A stretch of 64,000 nucleotides of DNA, from contig MU054338.1 in the NCBI GenBank assembly GCA_013239625.1, forward strand, positions 2,358,977-2,422,976. The letters are read 5' to 3'. The position numbers and the translations under genes are program-made. Shown here piece by piece: positions 23,201-36,620 of this stretch. The stretch comes from Lama guanicoe. Lineage: Eukaryota. The notes beneath the pieces are model-generated. The model did no database searches. It saw only the letters and a list, made by a program, of their open reading frames with translations, and was not told where the DNA came from. Position 1 is the stretch's first letter. Each line of letters opens with the position of its first letter.

Positions 23201-26200
23201 GCTGTGTGGGTGGGGGCAGGGCCTGTAGTGGGTGTTCATTATATTATTCTCTAGGTATTTAAAATATTTCATGATAAAAAGACATTCCCTTGTACCATCC
23301 TGTCTGCTCTGTCTTCTGTTTCAAGTTCCCCGTAATAAAAGGCTACCACACGTCCACACCCTCCGAGCTGGGCTGGTGCCCACAAGCCGTGCCTCCAACC
23401 CTCTCGCCGTTCCTGGGAGGAAACCGCCACTGGGCGATTTACAGCTGGGAGGCTGAAGAGCAGAGGTCCGGAGGGTTCAAAGCGGACACAGTATTACTAC
23501 TCCCCCACCACAGGCCTTGGGGGTGGTGGGGTGAGATTTCCCTGGCAGCCAGGGGTGGGAGATGCAGAGCCTTCAGGACCCACCAGCTCCAGGGCAAGCC
23601 ACTTCCCCAACCCCTGGCTGCCTGACCATCAGCTGGTGGAGACACAGAGGCCCAAACAAGTGCCCTGGGTGCAAACGTGCTCCCAGGAGGCCAGGCCTTT
23701 GGAGAACTGGCCGTGCAGCCACGCGATCTGCCCCGTTTACACAACAGCGCAGGGGACAAATGGAAGGGTGCCTCCTCAGCAAAGGTGTCTCATCAACCCG
23801 AGCCATCTAGACGCACAAGGTCTCAGCACCAAGAAACAGCATCCCCTTTCTCGGCATTGAACTTTTACCAGTCCAGTCTCCCCCTTCGCTCTGGCTACCA
23901 GGGAGCTCAGAGTCAGACGGGCAGCCTACCCCGCAGGTTCCATGTCCTCAGAGGCAGGACAGTCCCAGCTCTCGACGAGACACGTGGGAGCACCCCTCCC
24001 AGCCTGGTCGAGTCTCAGCCTCCCTGAGCCCAGTTTACACGCCGGTCACGCTGAACGGTATTGAGCTCGCAGGGTGCGGAGAGGAGACGGAGGGCCCAGC
24101 ATGCGCCCGGACATACAAAGCAGTCCCCAAACGTACCTGCTAGTGTTCCCAACAGCGCCCCTTACTTGCTTCTGCTCACCACACACATTCAGTTGGCCAG
24201 TCCGGTTGAGGACGGTCACAGGTGCAGGCAGGACGCAGGGGGAGCATCGCAGGGCAGTCAGCACACGTGCTTCCCCTACTGGCCCCAGGAGCGCAGTCAC
24301 CCGGCCCTGAGCCCGGCCCCCGGCAAGGACGGCCCACTTCACATCCTCCTGTCCAGCCTCCAGCCTCGTATCTCTTCACACCGATGTCCCCAGGGAGCCA
24401 CGCAGCCTTCACCCTTGGAGTGACATCCCCGCCTGCCTGGGTCCCTTTCCAGAGCCCTCTGTAGGGGAGGGAGTTGTGGCTGCCCTCCAAGGCCAAGGCC
24501 ACAGCCTCTTCCTGGCAGACCGACTGGCTGCTGGGAGCCAAGAGCAGCCCCCCTGAAGTGCGGGACGAGGCGGCCGGGGGGCTGGAAGGGGAGCGGCTGC
24601 TCCTGTGCCCAGACAGCCAGGCCCCGCGGTCCCAGCCTCACACTGAGCACAAAAATCAGCCCTGGAGGGTGAGATATAAAAGCAAAAGACCAAACCGAAT
24701 CCTTAGGAGGAAATTAAGGAGAAAGTCTGCCCTGGGGTGGGCGGGGGGTGGGGTGTCTCCCTAGCAGAGGGTAAGCTGAGTGGGGCTGTGGGGGTCCCGG
24801 GGCCCTGCAGGCTCACTGAGCCCCTGAGGGCATCTCGCAGGAGGGCCTGAGCCGCGTGGCTGATCTGCACAGCAACCAGCTTCCTCTGAAGCCCTTTCTC
24901 GGGCTTTCCTTGATTCTCTGGGTGGAGCCACGTTCTGACTGTGCTCCCTGCACCTGGCCTGGGGCCCTGCAGCCATCTGGTTGCCTGTCCCCACCTCCAC
25001 TGGGCTCAAGGACAGAGTCCCTGCCGGGGCCAGCACCAGCCTGGCACAAAGCACAGGCTCCCCTCGTGTTTGGCGACCACCTTTTGCTCCGCCCTGGGCA
25101 CTGACGTGTCTGGTCGGGTCGTTCCCACCGAGTACACACCATCACTGGGGGCAGACACGGCTCCTCCGAGGATCCAGGCACTGGGGTGAGGGGTGAGGAG
25201 CGCCTGCGTCCAGTCCACACCCGGGCCGGCTCGCCAGCCCAGCCCCTGCTCGGCAGCCGCCTGGAGATGCCACGGGGCTACTACAAGCCCACCCAGCCGC
25301 AAGGCTCTCCGGGGCTTCTCCGTGCTCCTGGGGTCCTGGGCAATTCTCCCCAGGACCATCTGCCCGGCTGGCCCCGCCCTCCCTCCGGCCCACCACACTT
25401 CCAGCTCCAGGTCTCTCAAGTCCACCCCTGAGCCGTGGGACACACTGCTGCCTGCACCCCCACCTCCTCACCTCGCCTCTGGGTGGTGAACACCTGCAGG
25501 GACACAGCCCTCCTGGGCTCGCCCTCCCCATGCTCATCCTGGGACCTAGGTAGTCCTGGCTCTACCCTCTCCTGGTGACCTGGACCTCTCCTTCCAGCAC
25601 GCCACGCTGCAACCCGCCTCCAGTGCCCTCCCAACTCCTCCCTGTCCTCTGGGTGTCCCTCCGCCGGCCCAGGGCTGGGCATGGAGTGGACCTCTGTGAG
25701 CATCTGCTGAGCGAGAAACCCTGGAGGGCTGCATGGAGGAGCCTGAGGGCGAGTGCCACCAGGAGCCTCCGGGGTCAGCAGTGAGGAACACAGCCCACAC
25801 GCGTCTGGAGCTGGATGTCAGACAAAGCACTGAACGCCCAGCACGCCCTGTGGTGCCTCCACCCGGCCTGTCCCAGCAGCGCCCGTCCCATCTCTCCTCT
25901 TCAGAGTGGGAAACTGGGGCTCAGAGAAGGGGTATCAGGATGTTTTGTGTTGAGACAGAAACCCAACTCATGCTGTTTGACGAGAAGAAGTGGGGGGGGG
26001 GTTACGTTAAGTCCGGGGCCGGCAACCTGCCCTGCAGACCAAATCCCCCACCACAGTATTTATAATTAAAGTTTTACTGGCACATGGCTGCACCCTCCTC
26101 GTTCATAGTCATGGCAGAACCAGCTCCCACACCTTCACCCGGCCCCTCACAGAGAAAGCCTGCAAGCCAGCAAGACTGAAGAGGTCGGGGTGACGGGCCT

Positions 26201-28079
26201 CGGCCTCGCCGGGCTGCGGGGGCCCCGAGGACTCGGTCTCCCCGTCTCGGCACTGCCATCCTCGCTGCTGACCCTCGGGCAGGCGCCTGCTCGCAGGGGC
26301 GGACTGGCCCCTCTTTCCTGCTGCCCCCCACGACGCCCCAGGACAAGGAAGCTCTACCACTGGCCTGGGACTGCCTACTGGGGCCGCAGCACCCCGCCTG
26401 GGGGTCGGGCAGAGGAAGCCAGGGCGCCGGCGCCGGCGTGCGGGAAGGGGCTGGCAGAGGACGAGCCGCAGCACCGGGGACGGCGCCGGGGCGGGCGGAG
26501 GGTCCCGCGCTGTCTCAGGGCTGACGTGCGAGGCTTTCTGGCCCAGGTTTCCTCCCAGATGCGTTTTCACTCCCCAGCAGCCTGGGCCGGGCCGCAGACG
26601 TGCACTGGGTTCCAGCAAGCCGCGGGCCGCCACTGTCACCCTCCAGTCTGGGCCCGGGGGACATCACAGGGGCTCCTGCACTTTGAGGCCCCTCCGAGTA
26701 GGGCGGGCGCTGACTGCCCAGCTCCCCCCTGTGAGGCAAGTGCTACAATTGCCCCATTTTATAGAAGAGGAAAGGGAGGCCCTGAGAACAAACAAGCTGC
26801 CTACTGCAGGGGGGCCCCCAGGTGCCCGTGCTCTGCTCACGGCCGGGGCCGTGGGAGCCCCGTGAGAGCAGGGCCATAAAGACACTCGCATTCTCCCAGG
26901 GAATGGTTGCCACATAGGACGACGCCCAGGCAGCCTGGGGAGCCCACTGTCTCGAGACGGAGCCATCCTGGGAGCTAGCCCCTCCAGCCTGAAACTGTGA
27001 CTTTGTGAGAGATGGAGCCGCGGGGTTTGGGGCTACATCACCCTCAGATTCCACACACACAGAAAGTGTGACATGATAAATGTCTGTTCCTGTTTTAAGC
27101 CATGAAATTCTGGGGTGATTTGTTACACAGCAATAGCTAACTGATGCTAGCTGGGTCTCACACGGCCCCTGAGAGGAGAGCGGATGGAGATGGAGAACCC
27201 TCCTGGCCCACTCCTCCTCCCCCTCCATTTGCTCACTGTGTTCCCACCACAAGGCCTCCTCACACAGTCCTGTCCCAGGACCCCTGCAAATACTTCTCTG
27301 CCTAGAACGCTCTTCCCCAGCTCACCATCCAGGCCTGGATCACACATCACCTCCTCCTCAGAGAGGCCTTCCCTGACCATGGGCTGAGGCCACTTATTAG
27401 AAGTCACACCCCTGCTTGGTTTCAACCTTCTCTTTTATTCCTTTGCTCCTCTGATGGCTGCTCCTAATCACATCTTCTGCTACAGCCCAGGGAGCACGTG
27501 CCAGGTTCTTGGCAGGTCTTGGGCACCAGCACCCAAGCCCTTCTCCTGTGGGGGCCCCAGGAGTCACAGCAAGGTCCAGGGCCAGGGCCTGAAGGTATGG
27601 CAGGCCTGTGCAAGCCACCAACTTCGACACTCCAGCAGGCTCCAGGGACCAGCCAGAGTGGCAGTCATAAAGAGTCCATGTTTACCAGGTCTGTCCGGTG
27701 GGGCCAGAGCTCTTGATTCATTTCACCCAGCCAACAGCCCTCCATGTAATGGATGGGGCAGCTGAGGCTCAGAGAAGCCGGGTCACCTGCCTGAGGCCAC
27801 CCAGGATAGAGTGGGGACAGATGGATGTGATTCCAGATAGTCAGGTTCCAGCCTGAGCCATGGCCACATCAAGGGAAGGAGACGGGAAAGAACCAGCTGT
27901 GCTGGGAGCCAGCAGAGCCTCCCAGGCAGAGGGGGAGCCAGTGCAAAGGTCCTGGGGCAGGACTATGCATGAGAGCACTGAACAAGGGAGTGAGAAGCAC
28001 ATGACAGAACAGGATGAGGCCGTTACAGGAACATGGCAGCTCTGAGCCAGGGGACACGGCCAAGGGTCGGCCAGACTCA

Positions 28080-29360
28080 ACACAGTAAGGGCAAAACATG
28101 GACAGATTTGGAGTCACATGTCCCCATTTCTACATTCACTTCACAGCTAACAGTCACCAGGGCAGCGTGGCTCTGGCTGAGACAGACCTGGTGACCAGTG
28201 GAATAGTCCAGAACAGACAGAATGAGAGCCCAGACCTAGACAGAGTCGGCCTGCTTCGACAAAGGTGCCGAGACAACTTGACGGGGAGAGACACCAGGGT
28301 CCTGCTCTCAGTGCACAGGAAAGTAACTCAAATCGCATCACAAATCTAAGTGGACATCAGAGCTGAGAATGTGAAACTCGCAGGGGGAAACAGGGCGAAC
28401 CCTCATACCTCGGGTCAGGCCAGGTGTCTCAGCTGCGACAGCTAGTGCCTGAGCGGCCGCAGGAAAGGGACACGGGGCCTCATCCAAGTAAAGACGCCTG
28501 GGCTTGGACGGACGGACACCATCGAGGAGACGTTTGCGGGTTGTCGTCTGAGGAGGGGCTTGCATCCAGCACGTAGGAAGAACGCCTCCAATTCAACAAT
28601 GAAGAGAAAACTAACCCAACTGGAAAAGAGACAAAGGATCTGAGCAGACGCTTCTCCAAAGGGGACACACAAGCGGCCAACAAGCCCACAGGGGCGCTCG
28701 CCACCACTAACCATCAGGGCAGGCGAAGCGGGACCACGTGAGGCACCCCACCCCGCGGAGCAGGTGCAGGGAGGGCACCGTGTGCAGCGGCCCCTCAGGA
28801 GGTTACAGACGCTCCACCTGACCAGCAACCCCACTGCCCGGTGCCCACCCAGGAGAAAGGAAAACACGCATCCACACAAAAGCTGTTCCTGAATGTTCTC
28901 AGCAGCACGATTCACAGCAGTCAAAAGGTGGAAAGTCCCCAAACGTTCATCAATCGATGGATGATAGACACACAGACCACATGTCCCTCCACACACTGGA
29001 GCGTCGCTCAGCCGTGAACAGGAGCAGCCCTGACACCCGCTCCCACGTGGATGGACCCTGAGAGCACGGTGCTCAGAGAGAGAAGCAGACACAGAAGGAC
29101 ACGCAGCGTGTGAGTCCATGGACGTGAGGCGTCCAGAACAGGCCAGTCCGCAGACACAGGGAGGGGGCTCCTGGCTGCCAGGGGCCGGGCAGGGGTGGGG
29201 GTGCCTGCTGATGGGGGCGGGGTCTCCTTTTGGGGTGACAGATGCTCTAAACCTGTGGTGATGGTCACACAGCTCTATGAATACAGTGAGGACCACTGAC
29301 TGGTACACTTTAAATAGGTGAAAACATGCAGCATGTGAATTATATCTCAACCCAAAAGAA
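28080..29360 (+). mobile_element. L1M ORF2 end + 3' UTR, GC-shifted copy C
   Basis: ORF2 C-terminal remnants (AAAGGATCTGAGCAGACGCTTCTCCAAA; TTCACAGCAGTCAAAAGGTGGAAA) followed by 3' UTR ending TGTGAATTATATCTCAA. Confidence 0.75.
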
Positions 29361-29395
29361 GTATTTAGAGAAAAGTCTCAGTGCAGAACAAGGCC

Positions 29396-29888
29396 TCTGG
29401 GCAGACCTGGCCTCACTGTGCTTTGCAGATTGTGCGAGCCCCTCCTCAGATGACAAGCGCACAATCTGAAGGTCTGTGGCCACCCTGCATCGGGAGGTCT
29501 ATTGGCGCCATTTTCCCAACAGCATCTGCTCCCTGTGTGTCTCTGCGTCACACTCTGGTAATCCTCACAAAACCTCAAACCTTGTCACTATTATTATATT
29601 GTTACAGTGATCTGCAGTCAGTGATCTTTGATGCTGTCGCAAAAAGATTACTTTCTGAAGGCTCAGGTGATGGTGAGCATTTTTTAGCAATCAAGTATTT
29701 TCAAGGTAAAGAATGTGCACTGTTTTTTGGACACAATGCTGTTACACACTTAACAGACTGCAGTACAATGTAAGTGTAACTTATATCTGCTGGGAGACCA
29801 GAAATCCACGTGACTCACTTTACTGACATGCTCACTTTATTGCTGTGGTCTGAAATGGGGCCCGCAGTGTCTCTGAGGTCCGCTTGTA
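29396..29888. mobile_element. Internally deleted Tigger1 derivative (Tigger1a_Art-like)
   Basis: Tigger1 left end (GCGCCATTTTCCCAACAGCA; TCAGTGATCTTTGATG) fused directly to the right end (CTGAAGGCTCAGGTGATGG...TCTCTGAGGT); ends at TA. Confidence 0.7.
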
Positions 29889-30724
29889 TCTTACAAACAC
29901 AATGGTAGGAGGTGTGTGACCAGGGTACCTGTGCACAGCGAGCGCCTCACATGGGGACACAAGAGGCTGGTGACACAGGTGTCTGCGGTGGGCCTGGGGG
30001 CAGAGCCAGGCTATTTTGTGCCATAAACACACAGCAGCTTTCCAAAGGGGGGAAAAGAAAATAAAAATCCCGAGAGAGCTGAATTCCAAGGGCGGAGCAG
30101 CACACGCAAAGGCCCAGCGGTGACAAGATAGGACGCTTTCCAGGAACAGCGGAGAAAGGTCCGTGTGGCTGGAGGGGAGGGTGCTCGATCTCACTGCACA
30201 GGGCGCGTGCTTCCAGAGCAGTAAACAGGAAGCCTTGCAGAGGACGGGGTGGGGCGGGGGGCAGCGGTGGGTGGGGCGGGGGTTAATCCAGGCTCCACAG
30301 CCCCGAGAGAAAGAAGGTTCCAGAACCTTCACCATTCATGCCACAAGCACAGCCAAACACCTGTCTGGGCCCAAGGCTCTAGGCAGAGACAGCCCAAAGG
30401 GCAGAGGACGATCAGGTGCATTCTCAGTGGCTCCACAGCTGGAAGGGCTCGAGTGGCTGAGTCAGGGTCACCCAGGGTCACAGAGGGACCGTCAGCTCAG
30501 GAAGGAGGCTGGTCCAAGTCTCAGGCCCTCGGAGGGCCCCGCTGACCTCGCGTCTGCAAGTGCTCTGTGCGATTCTGGACTGAATCCCAGAGGGGACAGA
30601 AGTTATGGTCCAGGACAGCTGGGTTACTGATGAAACTGTGAGCCCTGAGCATGGGCTGCCCTGAGGCTCCGCCTCTTGCACGTGGTCCCTGTAACTGGTT
30701 CAGGCAGCATCTCTGTTGAGAGGA

Positions 30725-31220
30725 TGCACAGATTCCACATCTGCAAATCTACTTATTGGCGAGACTACCTGTAACCAACAGGTGTGAGGGTGTCCCGGTC
30801 AGCCCAGGCCCACATCGGTCAGCGGAGTGTCTTCCCCTGCATGTGCCCAGCGAGGTGGACCAGCTGCTGCCGGCCTTCCTCCTTCAGCCCTCGGACCACC
30901 GACAGGTGTCCTTTTTGTGGTCTCCTGAGTGCCACGTTTCCTGCATATCTGTGTTCTGGTGGGTGACTCTGTATCTAAAATGCACCCCCTACACTGGCCG
31001 GGGTCTCCAGTGCGGGTGGGCGGTGCCATCCTCTCGGAGAAAATGCAAGTGTCAGATGAGCTGGGTTCAGGCAAGAGTTGTAGCCCCACCAGCCAGGAGC
31101 CCAGTGTGAGTGAATCCACAGCCCACAGCAGACAAGGTGTCTTTAAACAGAAGCGCACGTCACATGAGGCTGTGACAGTGCGGTGACAGCGGCTCACAGG
31201 AGCCTGGCCCCTGTGTCCCC
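30725..31220. mobile_element. MER82-like TcMar-Tigger element
   Basis: GTGTCCTTTTTGTGGTCT...AGTGCCACGTTT; AAGGTGTCTTTAAACAGAA. Confidence 0.65.
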
Positions 31221-31479
31221 CATCCCTCGGCGTCCAGGGCAGAGGACGTGGGGGAGTTCACCACAAGGTCCCTGCAACTTCCTGCAGGCTTCAAAGTTTT
31301 CCAGATAAAATGTTAAAGAAATAATAACACACACAGAGACAGGTATGCACAGGCACAGGAAAACACCCGGAGCGGCAGTCACAGCCCCACAGACACGGAG
31401 GGTGGAGCCAGGAGCAAACGTCCACCTGCCGCCGCCGGCAGGCCCGGCGGCCGCGCTCGCACAGGAAGCGTGCTACTAC

Positions 31480-32050
31480 CTGTAGTCTGAGACATGCCTG
31501 CTGCATGAGCACAGCGGCAGACAAGTGGAACCGAAGAGAAAGTCCAGGAATAGACCAGCCACACACAGGAATTTGGTCTATAATCAAGGTGGTATCTCAG
31601 ATCAGAGGAAAGCAGATTATCTGAGCCACCTGAGAAAACCTGGCTCAGTTAAACCCTCGCACAGCTTACGCCAGGATTAACCCCAAGTATAACGAGAATT
31701 TAAATGTTAAAAAAAGAGTAAAATTATAGAAATACTAGAAGAATTTAACTGTCACCTAGAACAGAGAAGACTTCTCCATCATGACATCAAACTGGGAAAC
31801 CATAAAAAGAGAGCTTGATAAATGGGACCACATAAAAACCTGCCCAGCATCAATAACCATCATCAGAGAAGATGGGGAAAAACTACTTGCACTTACTTGG
31901 ATTAAAAAAGCCAACAACAACTTTCCATAATATATAAAGAGCTCCTACAGATCAGTAAGAAAAAGACTGGTAACTCAGCTGAAAATGGGAAAGATACAAT
32001 TAGTACACAGTTCCCAGGGAAAGGAGGTAAGAGTTCTGAGATGTGTAAGA
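31480..32050 (+). mobile_element. Old L1 ORF2 fragment
   Basis: AGTCCAGGAATAGACC; AATTTAAATGTTAAAA; ATATATAAAGAGCTCCTACAGATCAGTAAGAAAAAGAC. Confidence 0.65.
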
Positions 32051-33199
32051 TTAAAGGCAGGAGTGGGGTGAGTGGTGAAAGGGGGTCTGTGAGCGTGCAA
32101 TCAAGACAAGACGGAACGGGGACCCAAGAGCTTACGGGAGCAAAGGCGCCAAGGGCTCCCGGGGCGAGCACTCTGTCTTCCAGCTCCAACAAAGTGCAGG
32201 GCTGTCAGGGTGGGGCAGTCCAGCCGCAGCCCCTGTGTGACCTGGGTGACCTGGGCAGGCAAGTCCTTTCTCCTCATGTTCCTCTCTGCTCCCTTTGCTG
32301 GAATACATTTTTAATAAAACAAAGATGAAGAGTTAAAAAGGAAAAGATATATGAAGACCTTTCCCTCTGATTCCCATTATGAAACATCCAAGCTGCAACT
32401 ATGCTGAGATGTCACTTTGGGCCCAAGAGTTTGGAAAGATGGAAGAAATGGACGAGGCACTACATTCTCACCCTCGCCGGAAGAAACTGTTCACCTGATA
32501 CTGGGCTAATCACAGTCCAAATTTTCTCCATTTTACGAGGTGCTGACATCTCGGGGGCCTTGCAGACCTGGGGACTGTCCCTCTGAGTCAGCCAACTCCT
32601 CCATCACAAGCAACTTGCCTTTGAGTGCACCTCTGCTGTGCAAACCAAGCCGGGCCACTCTACCCTGCTCACACACAGGCCTACGGTCCCCCAGGCCTGG
32701 CAGGCACAGCCAGAGCCCAGCCCGCAGCCCAGAGCCAGCTGCCAGCGCCAAATGAGGGATCCCGCCCTGCGCTCCCTGTGTGCCCTGCAGGAGCCCCAGC
32801 CAAGGTCAGTGCCCTCCCCACAGACCCAGCCCAGGGCCAGCTGGCAGGGGGACCCCCGAGACAGCCAGCTTTGCTCGACACCAGGTGACTGTGCTGCCCC
32901 CAAGGGAAAGCAGAGACCCCTGCCCCCAGCACCTGCAGAACCGGGGCACATGGTGCAACCCAAGCAGTGCCCCGTTACCCACGTGCCCTGTGCTGGCAGT
33001 TCACGCACTGGCCCCTCTAATCCTCACAGGAGCCCCAAGAGGAAGGCCCGTCTCAGATCCAGCTTCACCAACGAGCCTCCCGCTTCCTGTCCCAGGGCTG
33101 CTGGGACCCCACACCTGGTCTCTTCTCCATCTATGCCCACCCCCTCGTTGCCTCACCCGGTCACACACTATAAATGCCATCTCCGGTCGGGGCACTAAG

Positions 33200-34150
33200 C
33201 CATCTCCCCGGACGGACATCAGCTGCCCGGCAGGACATCATCACTCCGCATGGGGAGCTCCTTATCCCCGGCTGCCTGCTCATCACTCCCTGAGCTCCCG
33301 ACTCGGTCTTGCTGTAGCCCCGACCCATGTCTCCTGTCTCACATTAACACTGTGCCCAGCCATCCCCCAAACCTGCTCTGCCCTGTCCCCAGTTTTAGCC
33401 GAGGCAGCTCTGTCCTTCCAGGGACACAGGCCACAAGCTCAGACTCCCTCAATTTCCCTCTCTCTCCCACACTCAATCCTTCAGTAAGTCCTGTCGACTC
33501 TTCTCCTAAAATCTACTCTGAGTCACTTCTCCTGCCTCCACTGGGGCCCAAGCCCCACCATCACCCACCAGGAGCAGCGCTGTCCCGTTGCCCAGGTCCC
33601 GCTCCCACCCTGCCACCACAGTCTGTTCCCTGAAGCGGCCAGAAGCAGCCTGAGAGCACCTGAGTCAGGCCTCGCCCTCCAGGGCTCCCAACGTCCTGGG
33701 GATAAAAGCCCACGTCCTCCCCAAGGCCCACAAGGCCCTGCAGGACCTGCCCCGTCCCCTCCCCGCCCTCCCGTCCTCCCTCTCTCCCCCTCGCTCACTC
33801 TGCTCCAGACACTAGGGCCTCCTGGCTGTTCCTCCAACTTGCCTGCCCCAGGGCCTTTGCACAGGCTGTGCCCGTTGCCTGGAACCCTCTGCCTGGAACC
33901 CTCCCCCAACATCTCCACACTGCATATCCCATTTCCTACAGATCTACGCTCAAATGTCACCCCTCCTGAGTTCCTGGCCTCCACCAGCTCCCGCTGTGTC
34001 CCCCTCTCTGCTCTTCTCCACGGCACTCACCTCCCCTGTGGTCTCATATCTATCTCCTTTCATCCTTTACTGTCTGCACATGCCACACCCTCACCCCAGC
34101 ATACACGCAGGGACTGGGCCCCTCTGGTCCCGGCTGGCTTCCCAGCACCT
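33200..34150 (+). mobile_element. L2 LINE 3' fragment (GC-shifted core)
   Basis: CCCACAAGGCCCTGCAGGACC; CAGGGCCTTTGCAC; CTCAAATGTCACC. Confidence 0.75.
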
Positions 34151-35391
34151 GGCCCGACCTGGGCCTGGCAGCCCCATGCCACCAGGATGAAGGCCATGTG
34201 TGTGCAAGAGGCAGGGGTGACTCAGACAGAAGAGTAGCTGTGACCAAAAGCGGGGGACCCTTTCTTCAGCCAGAGTCAGAGGCCAGGTCCCCACTGGCCC
34301 GGGCACTGGGGGCCCCTCGGGCCAAACCCCAACCCCTCCACAGAGCCTGGTGGCACTGCCATGCAGAGGCCCCACGGCTAATCCCCGAAGTCAATAATCC
34401 CCCCACGTGGACGGGCCCCCCCGCAGGCCCCGCCGTCCAGCTGGCCACAGCCGGAAATCCTCAGCAGGGTCTCCACCTGCACTGTCACCAGCGGGGACAC
34501 GCGGCCAGGTGGGGCGGCTGGCTGTGGGAATACAGAGGCCTGGGGCCAAGACACTCCTGGGATCTGGGCCACCATGCCGGCTGGGCAAGGCCCAGGTCAC
34601 ACAGGTGTCACCGAATGCGCACCACCAGAGGGTGGAGGTCTCACCTCTTCTTGTGCCGCCGTATCCTCAGACCCTGCTGCCCCCTCTTCAGTTCACTCGC
34701 TCAGAGGCACACGGTCCTCAGCCAAGGTGGGGCTGAGCTGGCACAAGCCTGGGGCTGCCCGGCCCAGGGCTCCATGAGACTCTACCTGCCCTGGGGGCCC
34801 CAGGCAGCCCCCCAGATCCCCTTTTCTCATATCAGCAAGAGCCTGCCAGAGCCTGGACCCCCAGGCTGCTCCTTCTTGGGCCCTCCCCACATCTACCCCC
34901 TCAACCCTAGGATGCAGGCCCAAACTCTCCTGGGTTCATCTCCCTCACCTCCCTCCACCCTCTTAGGAGCCCTGTCCAGCTCCCCAGCCCCACTCACCCG
35001 GCTGCCTGCCCCCACAGCCCCCTCCCCACCGTGCAGCTGCGCGCTCTCTATAAAACATGACTCACTGTCCTGCTTAAACCCGCCAGCACCAGCAACTGGA
35101 CTCAGACCAGAACCCAAGTAGGGCCAGGGTCTCTGTGGCCCCATAGGGCTTGTCCTGTCTGCCTCAGGCTCCCTACCCTTTCTCTTCTGTGGCGCTAATG
35201 AATCACTCGTTCCTACCTCAGGGCCTTTGCACGGCTGATCCCTCTGCCTGAATGCCTGACCGGGGCTGCTATTTCTCCCACAGATCACCTGCTCCCCGAC
35301 CATCGGCTGCAGCAGGCCCTGGTCACTCCCTGTGGCCACGACGCCTGTTTCACTGCTGTCTGCAGCTCACCAGGGCCAGCGTGGTCTGACT

Positions 35392-35608
35392 CAGGGGTGG
35401 GCAAGCATTTTCCATAAAGGACCAGACAGTGAGTACTTCCGACTTTGCAGGCCACGGGTCTCTGCCTCAACACTCAACTCTGCTGCTGTAGCTGGACGGC
35501 CCTGCGGACAACAGGTGAGCAACAGTGCGTGGCCAAGTGCCAAAAAATCATTCCTGACAAAAACTGGCTGGGGCGGGACAGGCCTGGGGCCACCGTCTGC
35601 TGACCTCG
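35392..35608. mobile_element. MER58A-like hAT element
   Basis: CAGGGGTGGGCAAGC...TAAAGGACCAGACAG...ACTCAACTCTGC...TCTGCTGACC. Confidence 0.7.
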
Positions 35609-36169
35609 TCTCACGTGTTTATTCATTCGCCGTCTGCACCCTGACTGCCACCAATCTGAGAGCCAGGGAGTCTAGGCACCTACACCGCTGCCCCAGCCCA
35701 CAGCAGGTGCTCGATAAATGTCCAACAGGCGCTGTTCAAGGACAAAACGAGGTGTAAACGCATGTCTGGTCCCTTCAGCTGGCCACTCCCACGTGGGGCC
35801 AGCCGCGCCAGCACCATTCCAGACTCTACAGGCCAATCTGCCCAAAGAGGCCCTACAAGAAATGCGGTCAGCACACCAGTTTCACAGATGGAGACTCTGA
35901 GGCTGCCGGCCCAAGTGCCTGTTGTCGCATCACTAAAGTGGCCATGCAGGATCTGAACTGGGAGCTTTCTGCCTTCAAAGGCCATGGCTGACTAACCCAA
36001 GGGGCCGAGGGATGCTGCAGTCCCCGGTTACCATCCACCCACAGCTACAGAGGAGGCCTCTGGTGATGCAGCCCCACCCGCCCCAGCTATGCTGGGCCCC
36101 ACACTGCTTTTCAAGCACAGGAGGCCTTTGCTTCCTGTCCCTCCTTTAGGCCTCCCTCAAATGTCACAG

Positions 36170-36620
36170 AAGCCTCACTGAGAGGAGATATTTAAGCAAA
36201 AACTTAAAAGAGCTAAGGAAGCAAATGACACAGAAATGGAGGATGAGCACTCAAGGCAGAGGGCACAGCAGGTACAAAGGCCCTGAGGCAGAGCGAGTGA
36301 TGGAAGAGGGAGGAGGTGAGGGCGGGGCGGGGAGGGGAGTGGGGTAAGTCATGCAGGGCCTTGTGGGTGGAGGGGAGGGCTTTTACTCCGAGGGAGGTGG
36401 GAGCCCTGGAGGGCTGTGAGCAGAGGAGAGGCGGGGCCTGAGTCAGCTTTCTTGGGAGCCTTCTGGAGTGAACGGTAGGGAGCACAGCAAGAGACAGGGA
36501 CCAGGCCAGCAAAGGGTGATGGGGCTGAACCAGGTGGAGGCAGGACTGGGGAGAAGTGGTTGAATTCTGGGTCCATTCTGAAGGCAAAGCCAAAATAATC
36601 TGCCTCCAGATTAGTCACGG
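36170..36620 (-). mobile_element. L2 fragment (GC-shifted core)
   Basis: GTACAAAGGCCCTGAGGC; GCAGGGCCTTGTGGG; GGGAGCCCTGGAGGGCTGTG. Confidence 0.7.

Noticed and set aside
27360..27385. Human PRDM9-A-like motif (CCTTCCCTGACCA) in an L2 3' end as driver of the conversion
   Set aside because: It is an ancestral L2 feature, and PRDM9 specificity is species-specific; not transferable to this genome
28442..29350. 302-aa ORF on the minus strand
   Set aside because: It is the antisense reading of a decayed L1 3' end; similar peptides recur at the other L1M copies
34198..35121. 307-aa ORF on the plus strand
   Set aside because: Low-complexity P/G/A/R-rich translation with no domain; antisense within PIP5K1C intron 1; expected in stop-poor GC-rich DNA
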